A program made the translations under genes and the position numbers. DNA of 62,938 nt, the filler included, from Thraustochytrium aureum (lineage: Eukaryota), in the NCBI GenBank assembly GCA_012862495.1. It is 7 parts of 3 records of this genome, joined end to end, with 100 filler letters (N's around TTAATTAATTAA, not from the genome) between each part and the next. Parts side by side here need not be neighbours in the genome. Positions count along the whole stretch, not along the records: positions 11,083 to 29,746 come from BLSG01000132.1; positions 29,847 to 40,555 come from BLSG01000132.1; 5 more parts are not named here. One strand, written 5' to 3'. The first letter of the stretch is position 1. The number at the start of each line of letters is the position of its first letter. Positions 24,086-35,047 of this stretch are shown one piece after another. The notes beneath the pieces are model-generated. The model was not told the origin of the DNA. It did not search any database and was given only the letters and a program-made list of their open reading frames with translations.

Positions 24086-24950
24086 GTCGCCACGTGTGTG
24101 CCTGGGTGTTTTCCAAATGAAGGGCTCGGCAGCGAGAGTGAACCGTGTCAGGCAGCGCAGAGCCGGGCATGTTGACCAAAACCTAGTATTCCTCCTCGAG
24201 GCATCGCGAGGAACGCGTCGCCGGCGCAGCGCGCTGCTTTGACGGCCCTGGTGCATCTCAGCGAGGCACGAAAGGCGACCTGCCAGTGCCTTTCCTTTGC
24301 CGCAACTATAGATAGATCTCTCAAGAAGAGNNNNNNNNNNNNNNNNNNNNNNNNNNNNNNNNNNNNNNNNNNNNNNNNNNNNNNNNNNNNNNNNNNNNNN
24401 NNNNNNNNNNNNNNNNNNNNNNNNNNNNNNNNNNNNNNNNNNNNNNNNNNNNNNNNNNNNNNNNNNNNNNNNNNNNNNNNNNNNNNNNNNNNNNNNNNNN
24501 NNNNNNNNNNNNNNNNNNNNNNNNNNNNNNNNNNNNNNNNNNNNNNNNNNNNNNNNNNNNNNNNNNNNNNNNNNNNNNNNNNNNNNNNNNNNNNNNNNNN
24601 NNNNNNNNNNNNNNNNNNNNNNNNNNNNNNNNNNNNNNNNNNNNNNNNNNNNNNNNNNNNNNNNNNNNNNNNNNNNNNNNNNNNNNNNNNNNNNNNNNNN
24701 NNNNNNNNNNNNNNNNNNNNNNNNNNNNNNNNNNNNNNNNNNNNNNNNNNNNNNNNNNNNNNNNNNNNNNNNNNNNNNNNNNNNNNNNNNNNNNNNNNNN
24801 NNNNNNNNNNNNNNNNNNNNNNNNNNNNNNNNNNNNNNNNNNNNNNNNNNNNNNNNNNNNNNNNNNNNNNNNNNNNNNNNNNNNNNNNNNNNNNNNNNNN
24901 NNNNNNNNNNNNNNNNNNNNNNNNNNNNNNNNNNNNNNNNNNNNNNNNNN

Positions 24951-25084
24951 GAGTAAGAAATCACCAGCAGCACGCTGGCGGCGGCGAGCGTGCCCGCGGC
25001 GCCCATCAGGCCCGCCGCGAGTCTGCCGGCGCGGGGCGAGGGCCGCGCGGGCGCATTTTCCAACATTCCGGGAACAAGGCACAT
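24951..25084 (-). CDS. Possible 5' end of a membrane-anchored protein (rest in gap)
   Basis: Hydrophobic LAAGLMGAAGTLAAASVLLVISY running into Ns. Confidence 0.3.
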
Positions 25085-26304
25085 TTTCCGCCTCAGCGCC
25101 GCGGCGCCAGCACCGAACCCGCAGCGCCGCAGACGACCGAAAGCGGCCGAACGGTCGATCGAGCAGCCAACCAACCAACCAAACTCAGCCACAGCCGCGC
25201 TCGAACACCCGCCAAGGACGCCGCCGTCACGGCTCTGCTGCCCGCGCGCAACACTCTCTTCGTCTGCCCCTCTAATGTCTCCTCCCTCACCCTAAAGTAC
25301 TACCGTACTAAATATAGAGGGTCTCCCTCTAAAAGTGAGTAGCTTCCTATTTTTACATGCAAGCGGGGGTATAGAGGGGCATGTGGGGGTTACGAGGCAA
25401 GGAACAATGCGAGGTTCGCTGTTCTTTTGTGGCGCGGCCTGCACCTTGGTCGCTTTGGTTGATGCTTGCTTTGATTGATTGATAGAAAGATGCGGTCACC
25501 GCGGCGCTGCTCGCTGCTGTTGGCGCCGTGGCGGGGTGGCCGTGTCGATCGTTGCTTGTGCTTTATGGGTTCCCTCCGAGTCGTTCGGGTTTGCTGCGAG
25601 TTTGCAGGGTGCTCGCGATTGCGCTCCATGAAGGTCAACAACTTGAGAATTCACTGGCAGGTTGTGCTACCTACTCTACGTGTTTCGCCAGGACGCGATT
25701 TCGATTTTGTGTCGCCGCATAGAGCGCCAAAGGCACTGGCAGGCAGGCTGGCAGGCAGGCGAGCCGGGATCGTCCATCGCGTTGCTTGGAGCAATGCCGG
25801 CGTTTTGCGTGGTGGCTTGCAGCGCGGCGTGAGTTTTATTCGTCGGTTTTGTGCCGAGATCGAGCGGGCGGCCTGCTTGCACAACAACTCGTGACTCGGA
25901 CGAGCACTTCGACGAGCAGAAAGCCTTTTGCTTTTGTGGCCTGCCGGCTCTGTGCAATCTCTGTGCGGCCCCGCCAATGGCCGCATGAGCAAACGAGCGG
26001 CGTGGTGTCGCGCGAAGTGGGAGAGCAAGGACGATCCGAATTGGTGTGACGAACGTGTTCCTGCCTACTTGCCCCAAGCGCAGTGTTAGAGTTGGGCAAG
26101 TACCCTTAGCTGCGGTGGAGGCGGTGGTGCTTCTGGCGCTGCTCAGGCCGTCGACTGACTGTGTAGAGCACGCTGGGCGAGAGTAGTCTGGTGCGCATTC
26201 TGCCACATCCCTACTCACGTACTCTACTCATCAGCTCACGCCCGGCACCGCCCCCGGTTTGCGATGCGACGGGGCAGTCCCGCAACATCTGCTCTGCAGC
26301 CAAC

Positions 26305-27347
26305 ATGTCGAGAGAGTACTGCGCGCTGCTCCTTGCCTGCTTCGGGCTCCTGGTCGGCGTGGTCGAATTGCATCTGTGGCTTGGCGTGGCGTTCTCCTCG
26401 CTGAGCTTTGTGCTAAAGGCCAAGACCAAGCACACATTGGTGCTGGTCATGAGCGCTAGAGGCAACTTCGAGGCGAGGCGAGCGATCCGCGAGACGTGGG
26501 CCTTCAACGAGAGCGACGTGGTGTTTGTCCTCGGAAACAGGCCCTGCAGGTTTCCCGCCGCCCTGCAAGCCGAAAACGCCTCCTGCGCGCTGCATCCCGA
26601 GCGAGCGGCCCTCGCTACGACCGACGTGCTCCAAGCCCACGCCGATGCCGAGCGAGAGCTGGACGCCAAGGTCGCGCGAGAGGCCGCCGCTCATGGCGAC
26701 CTGGTCGTCCTGGACTTGATGGACTCGTATGGCAACCTGGCTGCCAAGCTGCTCGCCGCGCTCGAGTTTGGCCTCGAGCAGCGCGCGGCGGATGACAGCC
26801 GTACACGTGGCTCATGAAGGTCGACGACGACGTCGTCATGCAAATGGGCGAGCTGCGCTCCTTCGCAGCTACCTTGACCTCCACGAACCGGTACAGAGTC
26901 GTGGGCATGATGCAGACAAGAAACCGGGTGCTGCGCAGCGGCAAGTGGGCAGAGACGAGGTACGCTGCAGAGTACTACCCCACGTACCCGCAGGGCGCGT
27001 CGGGCTACATCCTGTCCCGCTTGCTGGTCTCTGCGCTGGTCGAGCGCAAGAACGAGCTGACGCTCTACCACAACGAGGACGCCTCCGTGGGCATCTGGAT
27101 CGACGACCTGGCGCTGCGCCCTGTGTACTTGGAGAACGTGCCGCTCTTCAACCTGGGGTGCAAAATGGAGTGCTGCTCGGCCTTCAACAGGACCTCTTTA
27201 ACATCATCTGTGGTCCTGGGGCACCAGTTTACGCCCGAGGAGATCCTCGAGTGCGGCCAAGAACACCTGGGCTTTGGCCCGCGCGGCTGGCGGACGGCCG
27301 AGCGCGACGGGGAGCCGCCAGCTGCTGCGCTTGCGGGGAGCGCGTGA
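26305..27347 (+). CDS. GT31 beta-1,3-galactosyltransferase-family protein (frameshift near 26800)
   Basis: N-terminal TM; RRAIRETW, HGDLVVLD..DSYGNL..KL, WLMKVDDD, YPTYPQGASGYILS, NEDASVGIW. Confidence 0.88.
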
Positions 27348-27454
27348 GCGAGCGATTTGTATAAATTATTTTGGTTGAGCGGTTTCGTTTGCGGTGCGCA
27401 GCGCGCAGCAAGCCTCGGCAACTCGCAGGCAGCACCAGCACCCCACCCTCCATA

Positions 27455-27513
27455 TGCTAGCTCTAGCTAGAGCTCTCTCTAGCTCTATAGAGCTAGAGAG
27501 CTACTAGAGAGCT
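27455..27513. repeat. Low-complexity CTAG/AGAG/CTCT tract between convergent genes
   Basis: gctagctctagctagagctctctctagctctatagagctagagagctactagagagct. Confidence 0.6.
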
Positions 27514-27535
27514 GGCTTGCAAGAGACCAGGGGCC

Positions 27536-29341
27536 TTACCTGCGCTGCAGCACCTCGGCAGCGCCGCCTGCGCCCATCGCGCCTCGCACGAGGTGCACCG
27601 AGTCGCGCTTCTCCACCGCGAGCGGGGGCCGCGACATGGAGGCCAAGTCGGACGCGCTGCAAATGCGCGCCATGGTCTGCGGGGAAAACCCGGACGACTG
27701 CTCCGAGGACGAGGGAATCGTCGAGGAAAAGGCCGGGCGCGCGTAGAACTGGGCCTGGCTCATCGCCTGGCGCACCAGCTCGACGATAAAGTGCGTCTGG
27801 CTGTGCGACTCGAGCACAGTCGACACAAAGTTGCAGGCGACGCGGTCGCCCCAGGTGTCACCAAAGGGCATGATGCCCTCGTGCCAGGCGCAATGCCCGC
27901 CGCGGTGGGTGTGCGCCACGATGATGTGGCGATTGTTCTCGATCTTGCCCCAGTCGACGTGCTCGGAGGCGACGATGGGGTCGTCTTCGCTGTGCAGCAC
28001 GAGCGTGGTGACCTTGATCTTGTCCATGTGGTCGATGGCGGGGGCCACGTAGTGCGGGGCCGTGCGCACGCGCTCCGCGATGGACCCCTCGGACCCCACG
28101 TAGCCGTCGCGCGCGTACCCGTTCGTCTCGTCGGGCAGCGGGTCGGGCAGCATCGTGTAAAACCGGTTGAAGAGCCGCATCGGGTCGAGCTCCTCGAGGA
28201 TGAGGTTGTCAAAGGCGGACTTGTTGGTGATGCGCTTGTCGTTCTTGACGTGGCGGCGGATGCAGACGTGCGCCTGCGCCAGCAGGAAGAGCGGGTAGGT
28301 GGTGTTTTCGTTCGTGGTCACGTCGTTCACGGCCTGCACAAAGTCCAAGCACCCGGACTGGCACACCGCGCAGACGAGCGGGGTGTCGGCGCCGGCCTTT
28401 TCCAGGTACTGCACGAGGCTGTACACGCCCGCCGACCAGGCCACGCCGACGAGCGGGGCGCGCGGGAACTTTGCGTGCAGGTGGTCCACGACGAGCTTTA
28501 GGTCGCGCGAGTCGGCCAGGTCGAACTTCCACCAGCTCCAGACCGCGACGCGCCACCCGTTGCGCATTGCGTTGCGGGCGAACCGCTTCAGGTAGGGGAT
28601 GTCGCGGTGGTCGCCGAGGCCGTGGATGCAGAGCACGATTGGGGTCTCCCAGTGGCTCGCGCTGCGGTCCGAGTCGGGTGCGTCCGAGCTCCCGTGGCCG
28701 GGCAGCGTGGTGTCCACTTCGTTCTCATAGTAGGCCCAGTCGATGAACTGCTCGTTCGGCAAGTCGTGGCAGGGGATGGTTTCGCGGTCATACAGGATCG
28801 GGCGCGCCCAGAGCCACTCTAGCGCGGACAGGGCGAAGCAGGTCACGGTCTGGGCGTGCCTGTTGAACAGCCAGAACACGGGCCAGAACTCTGTCTGCGA
28901 GAGCTTTGCCTTTTCGACGATGTGAGTGTTCCAGTAGGTGCGCCGGAAGAAGATCTTGGGCGACTCCACGACGCGCCACTTGTAGACCAGGGCCCACACC
29001 GAGAGCAGAAAGGCGGGAAACGTCCTGTTGGCGCGAAACCCGAGCAGCCGCCTGGCCATGTAGGTCACCACCGCGGCGCCGCCCACCATGTTCCACAGCG
29101 TGCGCGACTTTACAGCCCAGTACACGGACGTCAGCCGTGCGAAGGCGGTGTTCTTCTTGTCCTTCTCCTCAATCACCGCGCCCTTGGACTGCTTCCCGCC
29201 TTTCTCCGTATTCACCTTCTGCTGGTGCATGTGCGGGCTAAAGTGCAGCGCCAGCGCCAGCACGAGCGCAGCCGGCGCAACGTACTTCCTCACGCGCTCG
29301 CCCACCGAGACATCCTTGTACGCCACTGGCGAGGGCTGCAT
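27536..29341 (-). CDS. Membrane-anchored alpha/beta hydrolase, ABHD1/2/3-YheT family
   Basis: N-terminal TMs; NRHAQTV, PIVLCIHGLG, GVAWSAG nucleophile elbow, HSEDDPIV, RGGHCAW. Confidence 0.85.
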   Translation of the reverse strand: MQPSPVAYKDVSVGERVRKYVAPAALVLALALHFSPHMHQQKVNTEKGGKQSKGAVIEEKDKKNTAFARLTSVYWAVKSRTLWNMVGGAAVVTYMARRLLGFRANRTFPAFLLSVWALVYKWRVVESPKIFFRRTYWNTHIVEKAKLSQTEFWPVFWLFNRHAQTVTCFALSALEWLWARPILYDRETIPCHDLPNEQFIDWAYYENEVDTTLPGHGSSDAPDSDRSASHWETPIVLCIHGLGDHRDIPYLKRFARNAMRNGWRVAVWSWWKFDLADSRDLKLVVDHLHAKFPRAPLVGVAWSAGVYSLVQYLEKAGADTPLVCAVCQSGCLDFVQAVNDVTTNENTTYPLFLLAQAHVCIRRHVKNDKRITNKSAFDNLILEELDPMRLFNRFYTMLPDPLPDETNGYARDGYVGSEGSIAERVRTAPHYVAPAIDHMDKIKVTTLVLHSEDDPIVASEHVDWGKIENNRHIIVAHTHRGGHCAWHEGIMPFGDTWGDRVACNFVSTVLESHSQTHFIVELVRQAMSQAQFYARPAFSSTIPSSSEQSSGFSPQTMARICSASDLASMSRPPLAVEKRDSVHLVRGAMGAGGAAEVLQRR

Positions 29342-29423
29342 CGCCACGGCCCAGCTCCACGCACGGCCTTGGGCCAACCCACCGCGGGCACCACCACAAT
29401 CGCACAACCAGCAGCACCAAAGA

Positions 29424-29462
29424 CCAACCAACCAACCAACCAATCAATCAATCAATCAATCA
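29424..29462 (+). repeat. (CCAA)n(TCAA)n compound microsatellite
   Basis: Visible tandem tetramers. Confidence 0.8.
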
Positions 29463-29746
29463 GACGAGCGATCAAGCACGCCAGAGCACAGCCCGCGCGC
29501 CAGCCTGCCTGCAGCACGCACAGCCGCCAGCCCGAGTCCGGCTGCGAGTCTGCCCGCCGCGTTTGGATGCATGCATGCACACGACGCACATTCCGAGGAA
29601 CATTCCTCCTGTTCCCCGCTGTCCCCTCTATTCTACATTGCGGGTTCAGCGCCCACACGCAAAACGACCTTACCCGCAATTAATTAATAAATAGCAACGC
29701 AAGCAGCGCGAGGGATAACTGCGGGTTCAGCCACAAGAACGACCTT

Positions 29747-29846
29747 NNNNNNNNNNNNNNNNNNNNNNNNNNNNNNNNNNNNNNNNNNNNTTAATTAATT
29801 AANNNNNNNNNNNNNNNNNNNNNNNNNNNNNNNNNNNNNNNNNNNN
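29747..29846. other. Artificial scaffold linker
   Basis: TTAATTAATTAA at 29791-29802 within Ns. Confidence 0.97.
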
Positions 29847-30733
29847 CCCTCCTTCCCTGACGTTCCGCGCCGCCGGGGTTTCGGTGGCATCCCGCTCACA
29901 CAATACGTAAGCCTGCTCTCCAACATCGACGAGCTCGCCACAGCCACGCGTTCGGGCCTCGCTGAGCCCGTCGCCGGCGAGACGTTTGGGTGCTGGGCAG
30001 GTTTTATCGCATACGAGGTGCAGCTTGAAAAGCCACTTCGCAAGGGCTCCGTCATTGCCATCCCGTCCTTTCACGACCGCGTTCACGTCTTCGCGGGCGC
30101 CGTCGCGCTTGGGACCCTCTTCCGAACAGACGCGCGCAAGGCGATCAACATCACTGTGGACGCGACGTCATTGAGGGAGACGCGGCTCGTGTTTCTCGTG
30201 GAGCACATGGGCCGGATCAACTTTTCCAAAGAGGGGATGCGCGACACGCGCATAGGCCTGTGGCAACCCCAACCATCGATGGCGAGGCCGTTCGGTCTGC
30301 CGCTGGCTGGACAGCACGGTGCTTGTCGTTTGAACGCCCGGGCGACTTGGACCGCCTCCCGTGGCGGCCTTTGGCTGGCCGGCTCGGCTCCGAGGCTTCC
30401 GCCGCGGTCGCCCCAGTTCTCCTGCGCGGCTCGTTCGAGGCGGACGCCCCGGCGGACACCTTTTTGGCATTCGGTCCGGACTCGGGCTTCGGCAAAGGAG
30501 TCGCCTGGGTCAACAAATTCAACCTGGGCAGGTACTGGGCCACCGTCTCGCCGCAAGACGCGCTGTACGTCCCCGGGCCCCGAACCCGAAAGGGCACAAA
30601 CGAGCTCGTCGTCCTCGAACTGGAGCGCTTTGGGGACGCGCCGCAAGTCCAGTCGTCGGACCGCGCCGTATTCACACCTCAACAAGACTTCATTTACAGT
30701 TCTGAAGCGCAGAACCCGCACGGGCACAAATGA
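29847..30733 (+). CDS. GH35 beta-galactosidase C-terminal fragment (5'-truncated, several frameshifts; may be a pseudogene)
   Basis: FHDRVHVF, LVEHMGRINF, DTFL..GFGKGVAWVNKFNLGRYW..PQDALYVPGP..GTNELVVLELE. Confidence 0.8.
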
Positions 30734-30859
30734 GCTCGCGTCCTCGAGCTCGAGCGCTTCGGGGACGCGCCGCAGGTGCAGTCCACGGACCACGCCGTAG
30801 TAACACCTCGACAGCAGTTCTGCGCAGAACGAGTAGTGGCGAAACAAAAGGGCTCCCTC

Positions 30860-33800
30860 CTATGCTTCCTCAAAGCTCACGATCTGGCCCAACAGGGATC
30901 CGCCGCCGTCTCCGTGGCCCTCTATCATGGCGCGCCTTAGCGCGTCGCCGGCGTCCAGCCAAGCGCGCTGGATCGCGGCGATGCGAAAGCAATTGCGACC
31001 GACGTTGTTGCCCACCAATAGCGGGTCGTCAATGTAGATGGGATCGAAACGGTGCGAATCCCCCACTACCTCGCTGGGGGTGCCGTGCTGCTCGGGCATC
31101 GAGCCAAATCCGCCGCTGGCCGCGCCTGCGCCGCCGCCCTGAGCAGACGGCCCAAAATTTTGCAGCTTGAGCGAGTTGTCGAGTCTCTGCTTCTGGTGCC
31201 GTTGCAGAGTCTGCGCATCCACCATGCGCCGGGTGCCCGGAAGGCTCTCCGTGTCGGCCGACCCGCCGCCCCATGCCCCGTCCAACTCGGGGTTCAGCTT
31301 GCGGTCGAAAAACCCCTTGGTCAGCGAGACCCCCGTGGTGCTCGGCTCGAAGAGGCGCGTGTCCCCGTAAAACTTGAGAAAGCGTACCAGAAGATGCCCG
31401 AGGTCGGCGTCGGCGTCGGCGTCGCCCCCAAAGGGGCCGTGGCTGTTGCTCCGCATCCGGTTCCGCATCTTGGCTGCCCCGCGCGGCGAGGGCAGCAAGC
31501 CTTCGCGCCCGCGGCTAGACACGGCGCTGCCGGTGGCCCCGACTGCGGGCGGAGCCACGCTTCGCAAAAAGCAAGCCACGAGCAAGACCAGGCCATACGA
31601 GGAGAGCCCGCCAGTGTAGCCCTTGCCAAGACCGCGCCGCGCCAGAAACTGCTTGAGAACCAGCACAAGGGGNNNNNNNNNNNNNNNNNNNNNNNNNNNN
31701 NNNNNNNNNNNNNNNNNNNNNNNNNNNNNNNNNNNNNNNNNNNNNNNNNNNNNNNNNNNNNNNNNNNNNNNNNNNNNNNNNNNNNNNNNNNNNNNNNNNN
31801 NNNNNNNNNNNNNNNNNNNNNNNNNNNNNNNNNNNNNNNNNNNNNNNNNNNNNNNNNNNNNNNNNNNNNNNNNNNNNNNNNNNNNNNNNNNNNNNNNNNN
31901 NNNNNNNNNNNNNNNNNNNNNNNNNNNNNNNNNNNNNNNNNNNNNNNNNNNNNNNNNNNNNNNNNNNNNNNNNNNNNNNNNNNNNNNNNNNNNNNNNNNN
32001 NNNNNNNNNNNNNNNNNNNNNNNNNNNNNNNNNNNNNNNNNNNNNNNNNNNNNNNNNNNNNNNNNNNNNNNNNNNNNNNNNNNNNNNNNNNNNNNNNNNN
32101 NNNNNNNNNNNNNNNNNNNNNNNNNNNNNNNNNNNNNNNNNNNNNNNNNNNNNNNNNNNNNNNNNNNNNNNNNNNNNNNNNNNNNNNNNNNNNNNNNNNN
32201 NNNNNNNNNNNNNNNNNNNNNNNNNNNNNNNNNNNNNNNNNNNNNNNNNNNNNNNNNNNNNNNNNNNNNNNNNNNNNNNNNNNNNNNNNNNNNNNNNNNN
32301 NNNNNNNNNNNNNNNNNNNNNNNNGCAGCCTGGCTTGGGCCGATGCCCATGCCCATGTGGGGCGGCTGACCAGGCACCGAGCAAAAGTACGGGTCGGTGA
32401 ACAAGACCCCCGCTGCTGTGGTTGCATAGTAGATGGGATAGTGAGGCCCCATCGCGCTGACCGGGCCCGGGCTCATCAAGGCGTACCCCATGGGGGCTGT
32501 CACCGGTCCAGGCTGCATCGTCTCCGTTCCGGAAGCTGTGCCAGGGCGAGTCGGCATCGACCCACTGCCCGCCCAGGTCGCCCTGGCTGCCCGCAGTGGG
32601 GGGCCAACCTTTGCAGGGCCAGATTCTGGGCTGTGCAGCTTGAACTTGTCGACACTGACGGACGCGCGGTAGCTCTTGCTACCTCCGGCCGGTGGCGTCT
32701 GCGCAACCCGTGCCGAAGCAGCCTCGGACACTGAAGAGCCGCCACCCGAGCCGCCGGCGACGCTGGCGCATCTTACCCGTTTGCCCGCGATGCCCCCCGC
32801 AAGCGTCACAGGCGGCTTTTGCTCCAGGCCATTGAGCTGGTCTGTGCGCTGCTGCTCTAACAGTTCGATCACCTGCCCGATCCGCGACTCGAGCCGGCCA
32901 AGCGCCTTTTCGAGGGCCGCATCTGAGCCACGAAGCGCGCTCAGCTCTTCGCGTATCGATCCTACTGTGGCACAACAGTCGCACAGAGAATTGTCGACGA
33001 CAGCGCCCGCCGAGCCGAACGAGCGCAGACTGTGCATCGACTCGGAGCGCGCGTGCGAGGTTCGGTCAGACTGGCCAAAGGCTGCGCTTGCGGCCGCTGC
33101 GTCTAGGGAAAAGCTGCCGCTCGCGCTCGCGGCGCGCTTGCCTGGCCCCGGAGCATCCCAGCTCAGGTCGCCGGTGTACTGAAAACTGGACGACGACGCG
33201 CTTGAAACGCCAGGTCCGAGCGAGCGCCGCTTTGCGAGTTGCTTTGCGCGCGACCCGCGCCGACGGTCGATCCCGTGGTCCTCGCCACCGCCCGGCGGGC
33301 CTGTGCTTGTCCTGGCGCCACGCCCCCGCTCTCGCCGAACCGCTGCGCGCTGGGGCGTGGAAGAAGCGTCAACTTTGTTGACGTCGGCGCCTACAAAGTT
33401 TAAGCCACCTCCGCCTAGCTTGCCCGGCACCGCAGGACTCGAAATGTCCTTGACAGACGCAGAGGAGTTTCGCCTCTTGCCGAATCCGTCTGCGGAGAGG
33501 GGCCTCCGCCGGTACCTCCGGCCGATTGTGGTCCACTCCCCGCCGTCGCTTTGGCTTTCGTCGGCTTTCGGGCCCGCCGCGTCTTCCTCAATGGTGTCGC
33601 TGCAATCAGAGTAATAGAGATTGCGGCCATTCTCGCCGAGGTCGGGGTCCTCCGTGTTGGCGCTCGTGGCCCTGCCACGGCCCAACGCAGATCCGCGACT
33701 TAAGCTTGAGGGGCTTCCTGCCGCATTCGAAAAGGCGTACACCTGAACACCAGCGTCCGCTGTCGTAGCGGCGGCAGCTTGCCCTGCGGGCTGAGGGCGC

Positions 33801-35047
33801 CCTTCCCCGATAACTGTCCCCGTCTGCGTTCCAACGCTTCGACGCGACCTGAACGGGCCGAAAACGGTCCCGAAAAAGGCATCGTCGGCGGCCGGTGAGG
33901 ACGTGGGCATCGGGTTTGACCAAACGAATAGCGGCGGCGAACCGCCCACCGTTGTTGAGAACGGCTCGCTGTCATCTCCGGCAAGACTTGGGAGCTGGCT
34001 TGCTGGGTGGGCGTTTTGCCCGAGCGGTCCGACTTGCCACTCCTTTTGCAGCTGTTCGTTCGAGAACAAGAAACTGCTGGTGTCAAAGATGCCGCCGCCG
34101 CCGCCGCCGCCGCCGCGCTCGTCGGTGAGAGCTTCTGCTTCAACGACCGCTCGCGGCGAAAACCCGGCAGCGCCCGCCTCCTTCGAAGTCATCGTCAACG
34201 CGATTTGCGGCTCCTGGGCAGGCGTCTCCAAGACGGCCTCGCCGAAAAGCCCACCAATCGCCCGTTGGACTTGCTGCGCAGCATGGCTGGTATCGGCCTC
34301 ATCGTCGCCGTCACCTTCGCCTGAAGATGGCTCGTACATACTGTCCTTGTCCTCGTCAACGTCCTCTGAACACGATACCTCGACGAGTGACTCCAAGTCC
34401 TCGCCGCGGCTCTCGGGGGAGGCATCAAGAGGCTGACCCGACGCTGCACTTAACTGGTGGCGCTGGCGCGACTGCCTAGTGATGGGAGCCATGGCCGGCG
34501 AACCTGGCTCCCTGCGCCGCCGAGACCCCAACGCGGGCTCGCTCTTGCGGCGGGAGTGCCGTGCCGAATCGGGGCCTCCTGCCGCCCTGCCTGCCTGGGC
34601 CGTGGTCTGGCCGGCTTGGATTGAGGCAGGCCCAGGCGCTCTCGACAGATGGCAAGCCTTCGCCTCCGCCTTGCGGCGCTTCTTGGCGCGCTTGCCCCGC
34701 GTGGCTGCGCTTTTGCCAGTCTCGCGCGGCGGCGCATCATCTAACAGCTCTGCGAGAACCTTTCGCTGCCACTCGGCGAGCACGACATCGCGAGCGAGAA
34801 AGCCCCGGACGCGATCCAGGAGCGTGCCTGCCTCTGCAAGAGCGGTGGCGGCGCTTGCGGCCCGAGACCTCGGCGCTAGCAATAGAGCCGCGGCTGAAAG
34901 CGGGTCGAGAGCTGCCCGCAGCTGCGGCTTGCCTCGGATGGCGCGGTCGTGCGAGATGCGGGCAGCGTCCTGGATGTCAAACGCGAGGTCGCCAGAGACG
35001 TCCGAGAGCAGGGGAAAGATGCTCCCAGCAAGCACGCTTTGTGCCTT
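30860..35047 (-). CDS. Non-canonical poly(A) polymerase TENT4/Trf4/PAPD5-like with long disordered N-terminus (catalytic core probably in gap 31673-32324)
   Basis: PLVLVLKQFL..RGL..YTGGLSSYGLVLL, DLGHLLVRFLKFYG, PIYIDDPL..GNNVGRNCFRIAAIQRAW; 5' end may continue beyond the gap to about 36090. Confidence 0.8.
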   Translation of the reverse strand, partial: KAQSVLAGSIFPLLSDVSGDLAFDIQDAARISHDRAIRGKPQLRAALDPLSAAALLLAPRSRAASAATALAEAGTLLDRVRGFLARDVVLAEWQRKVLAELLDDAPPRETGKSAATRGKRAKKRRKAEAKACHLSRAPGPASIQAGQTTAQAGRAAGGPDSARHSRRKSEPALGSRRRREPGSPAMAPITRQSRQRHQLSAASGQPLDASPESRGEDLESLVEVSCSEDVDEDKDSMYEPSSGEGDGDDEADTSHAAQQVQRAIGGLFGEAVLETPAQEPQIALTMTSKEAGAAGFSPRAVVEAEALTDERGGGGGGGGIFDTSSFLFSNEQLQKEWQVGPLGQNAHPASQLPSLAGDDSEPFSTTVGGSPPLFVWSNPMPTSSPAADDAFFGTVFGPFRSRRSVGTQTGTVIGEGRPQPAGQAAAATTADAGVQVYAFSNAAGSPSSLSRGSALGRGRATSANTEDPDLGENGRNLYYSDCSDTIEEDAAGPKADESQSDGGEWTTIGRRYRRRPLSADGFGKRRNSSASVKDISSPAVPGKLGGGGLNFVGADVNKVDASSTPQRAAVRRERGRGARTSTGPPGGGEDHGIDRRRGSRAKQLAKRRSLGPGVSSASSSSFQYTGDLSWDAPGPGKRAASASGSFSLDAAAASAAFGQSDRTSHARSESMHSLRSFGSAGAVVDNSLCDCCATVGSIREELSALRGSDAALEKALGRLESRIGQVIELLEQQRTDQLNGLEQKPPVTLAGGIAGKRVRCASVAGGSGGGSSVSEAASARVAQTPPAGGSKSYRASVSVDKFKLHSPESGPAKVGPPLRAARATWAGSGSMPTRPGTASGTETMQPGPVTAPMGYALMSPGPVSAMGPHYPIYYATTAAGVLFTDPYFCSVPGQPPHMGMGIGPSQAXXXXXXXXXXXXXXXXXXXXXXXXXXXXXXXXXXXXXXXXXXXXXXXXXXXXXXXXXXXXXXXXXXXXXXXXXXXXXXXXXXXXXXXXXXXXXXXXXXXXXXXXXXXXXXXXXXXXXXXXXXXXXXXXXXXXXXXXXXXXXXXXXXXXXXXXXXXXXXXXXXXXXXXXXXXXXXXXXXXXXXXXXXXXXXXXXXXXXXXXXXXXXXXXXXXXXXXXXXPLVLVLKQFLARRGLGKGYTGGLSSYGLVLLVACFLRSVAPPAVGATGSAVSSRGREGLLPSPRGAAKMRNRMRSNSHGPFGGDADADADLGHLLVRFLKFYGDTRLFEPSTTGVSLTKGFFDRKLNPELDGAWGGGSADTESLPGTRRMVDAQTLQRHQKQRLDNSLKLQNFGPSAQGGGAGAASGGFGSMPEQHGTPSEVVGDSHRFDPIYIDDPLLVGNNVGRNCFRIAAIQRAWLDAGDALRRAMIEGHGDGGGSLLGQIVSFEEA

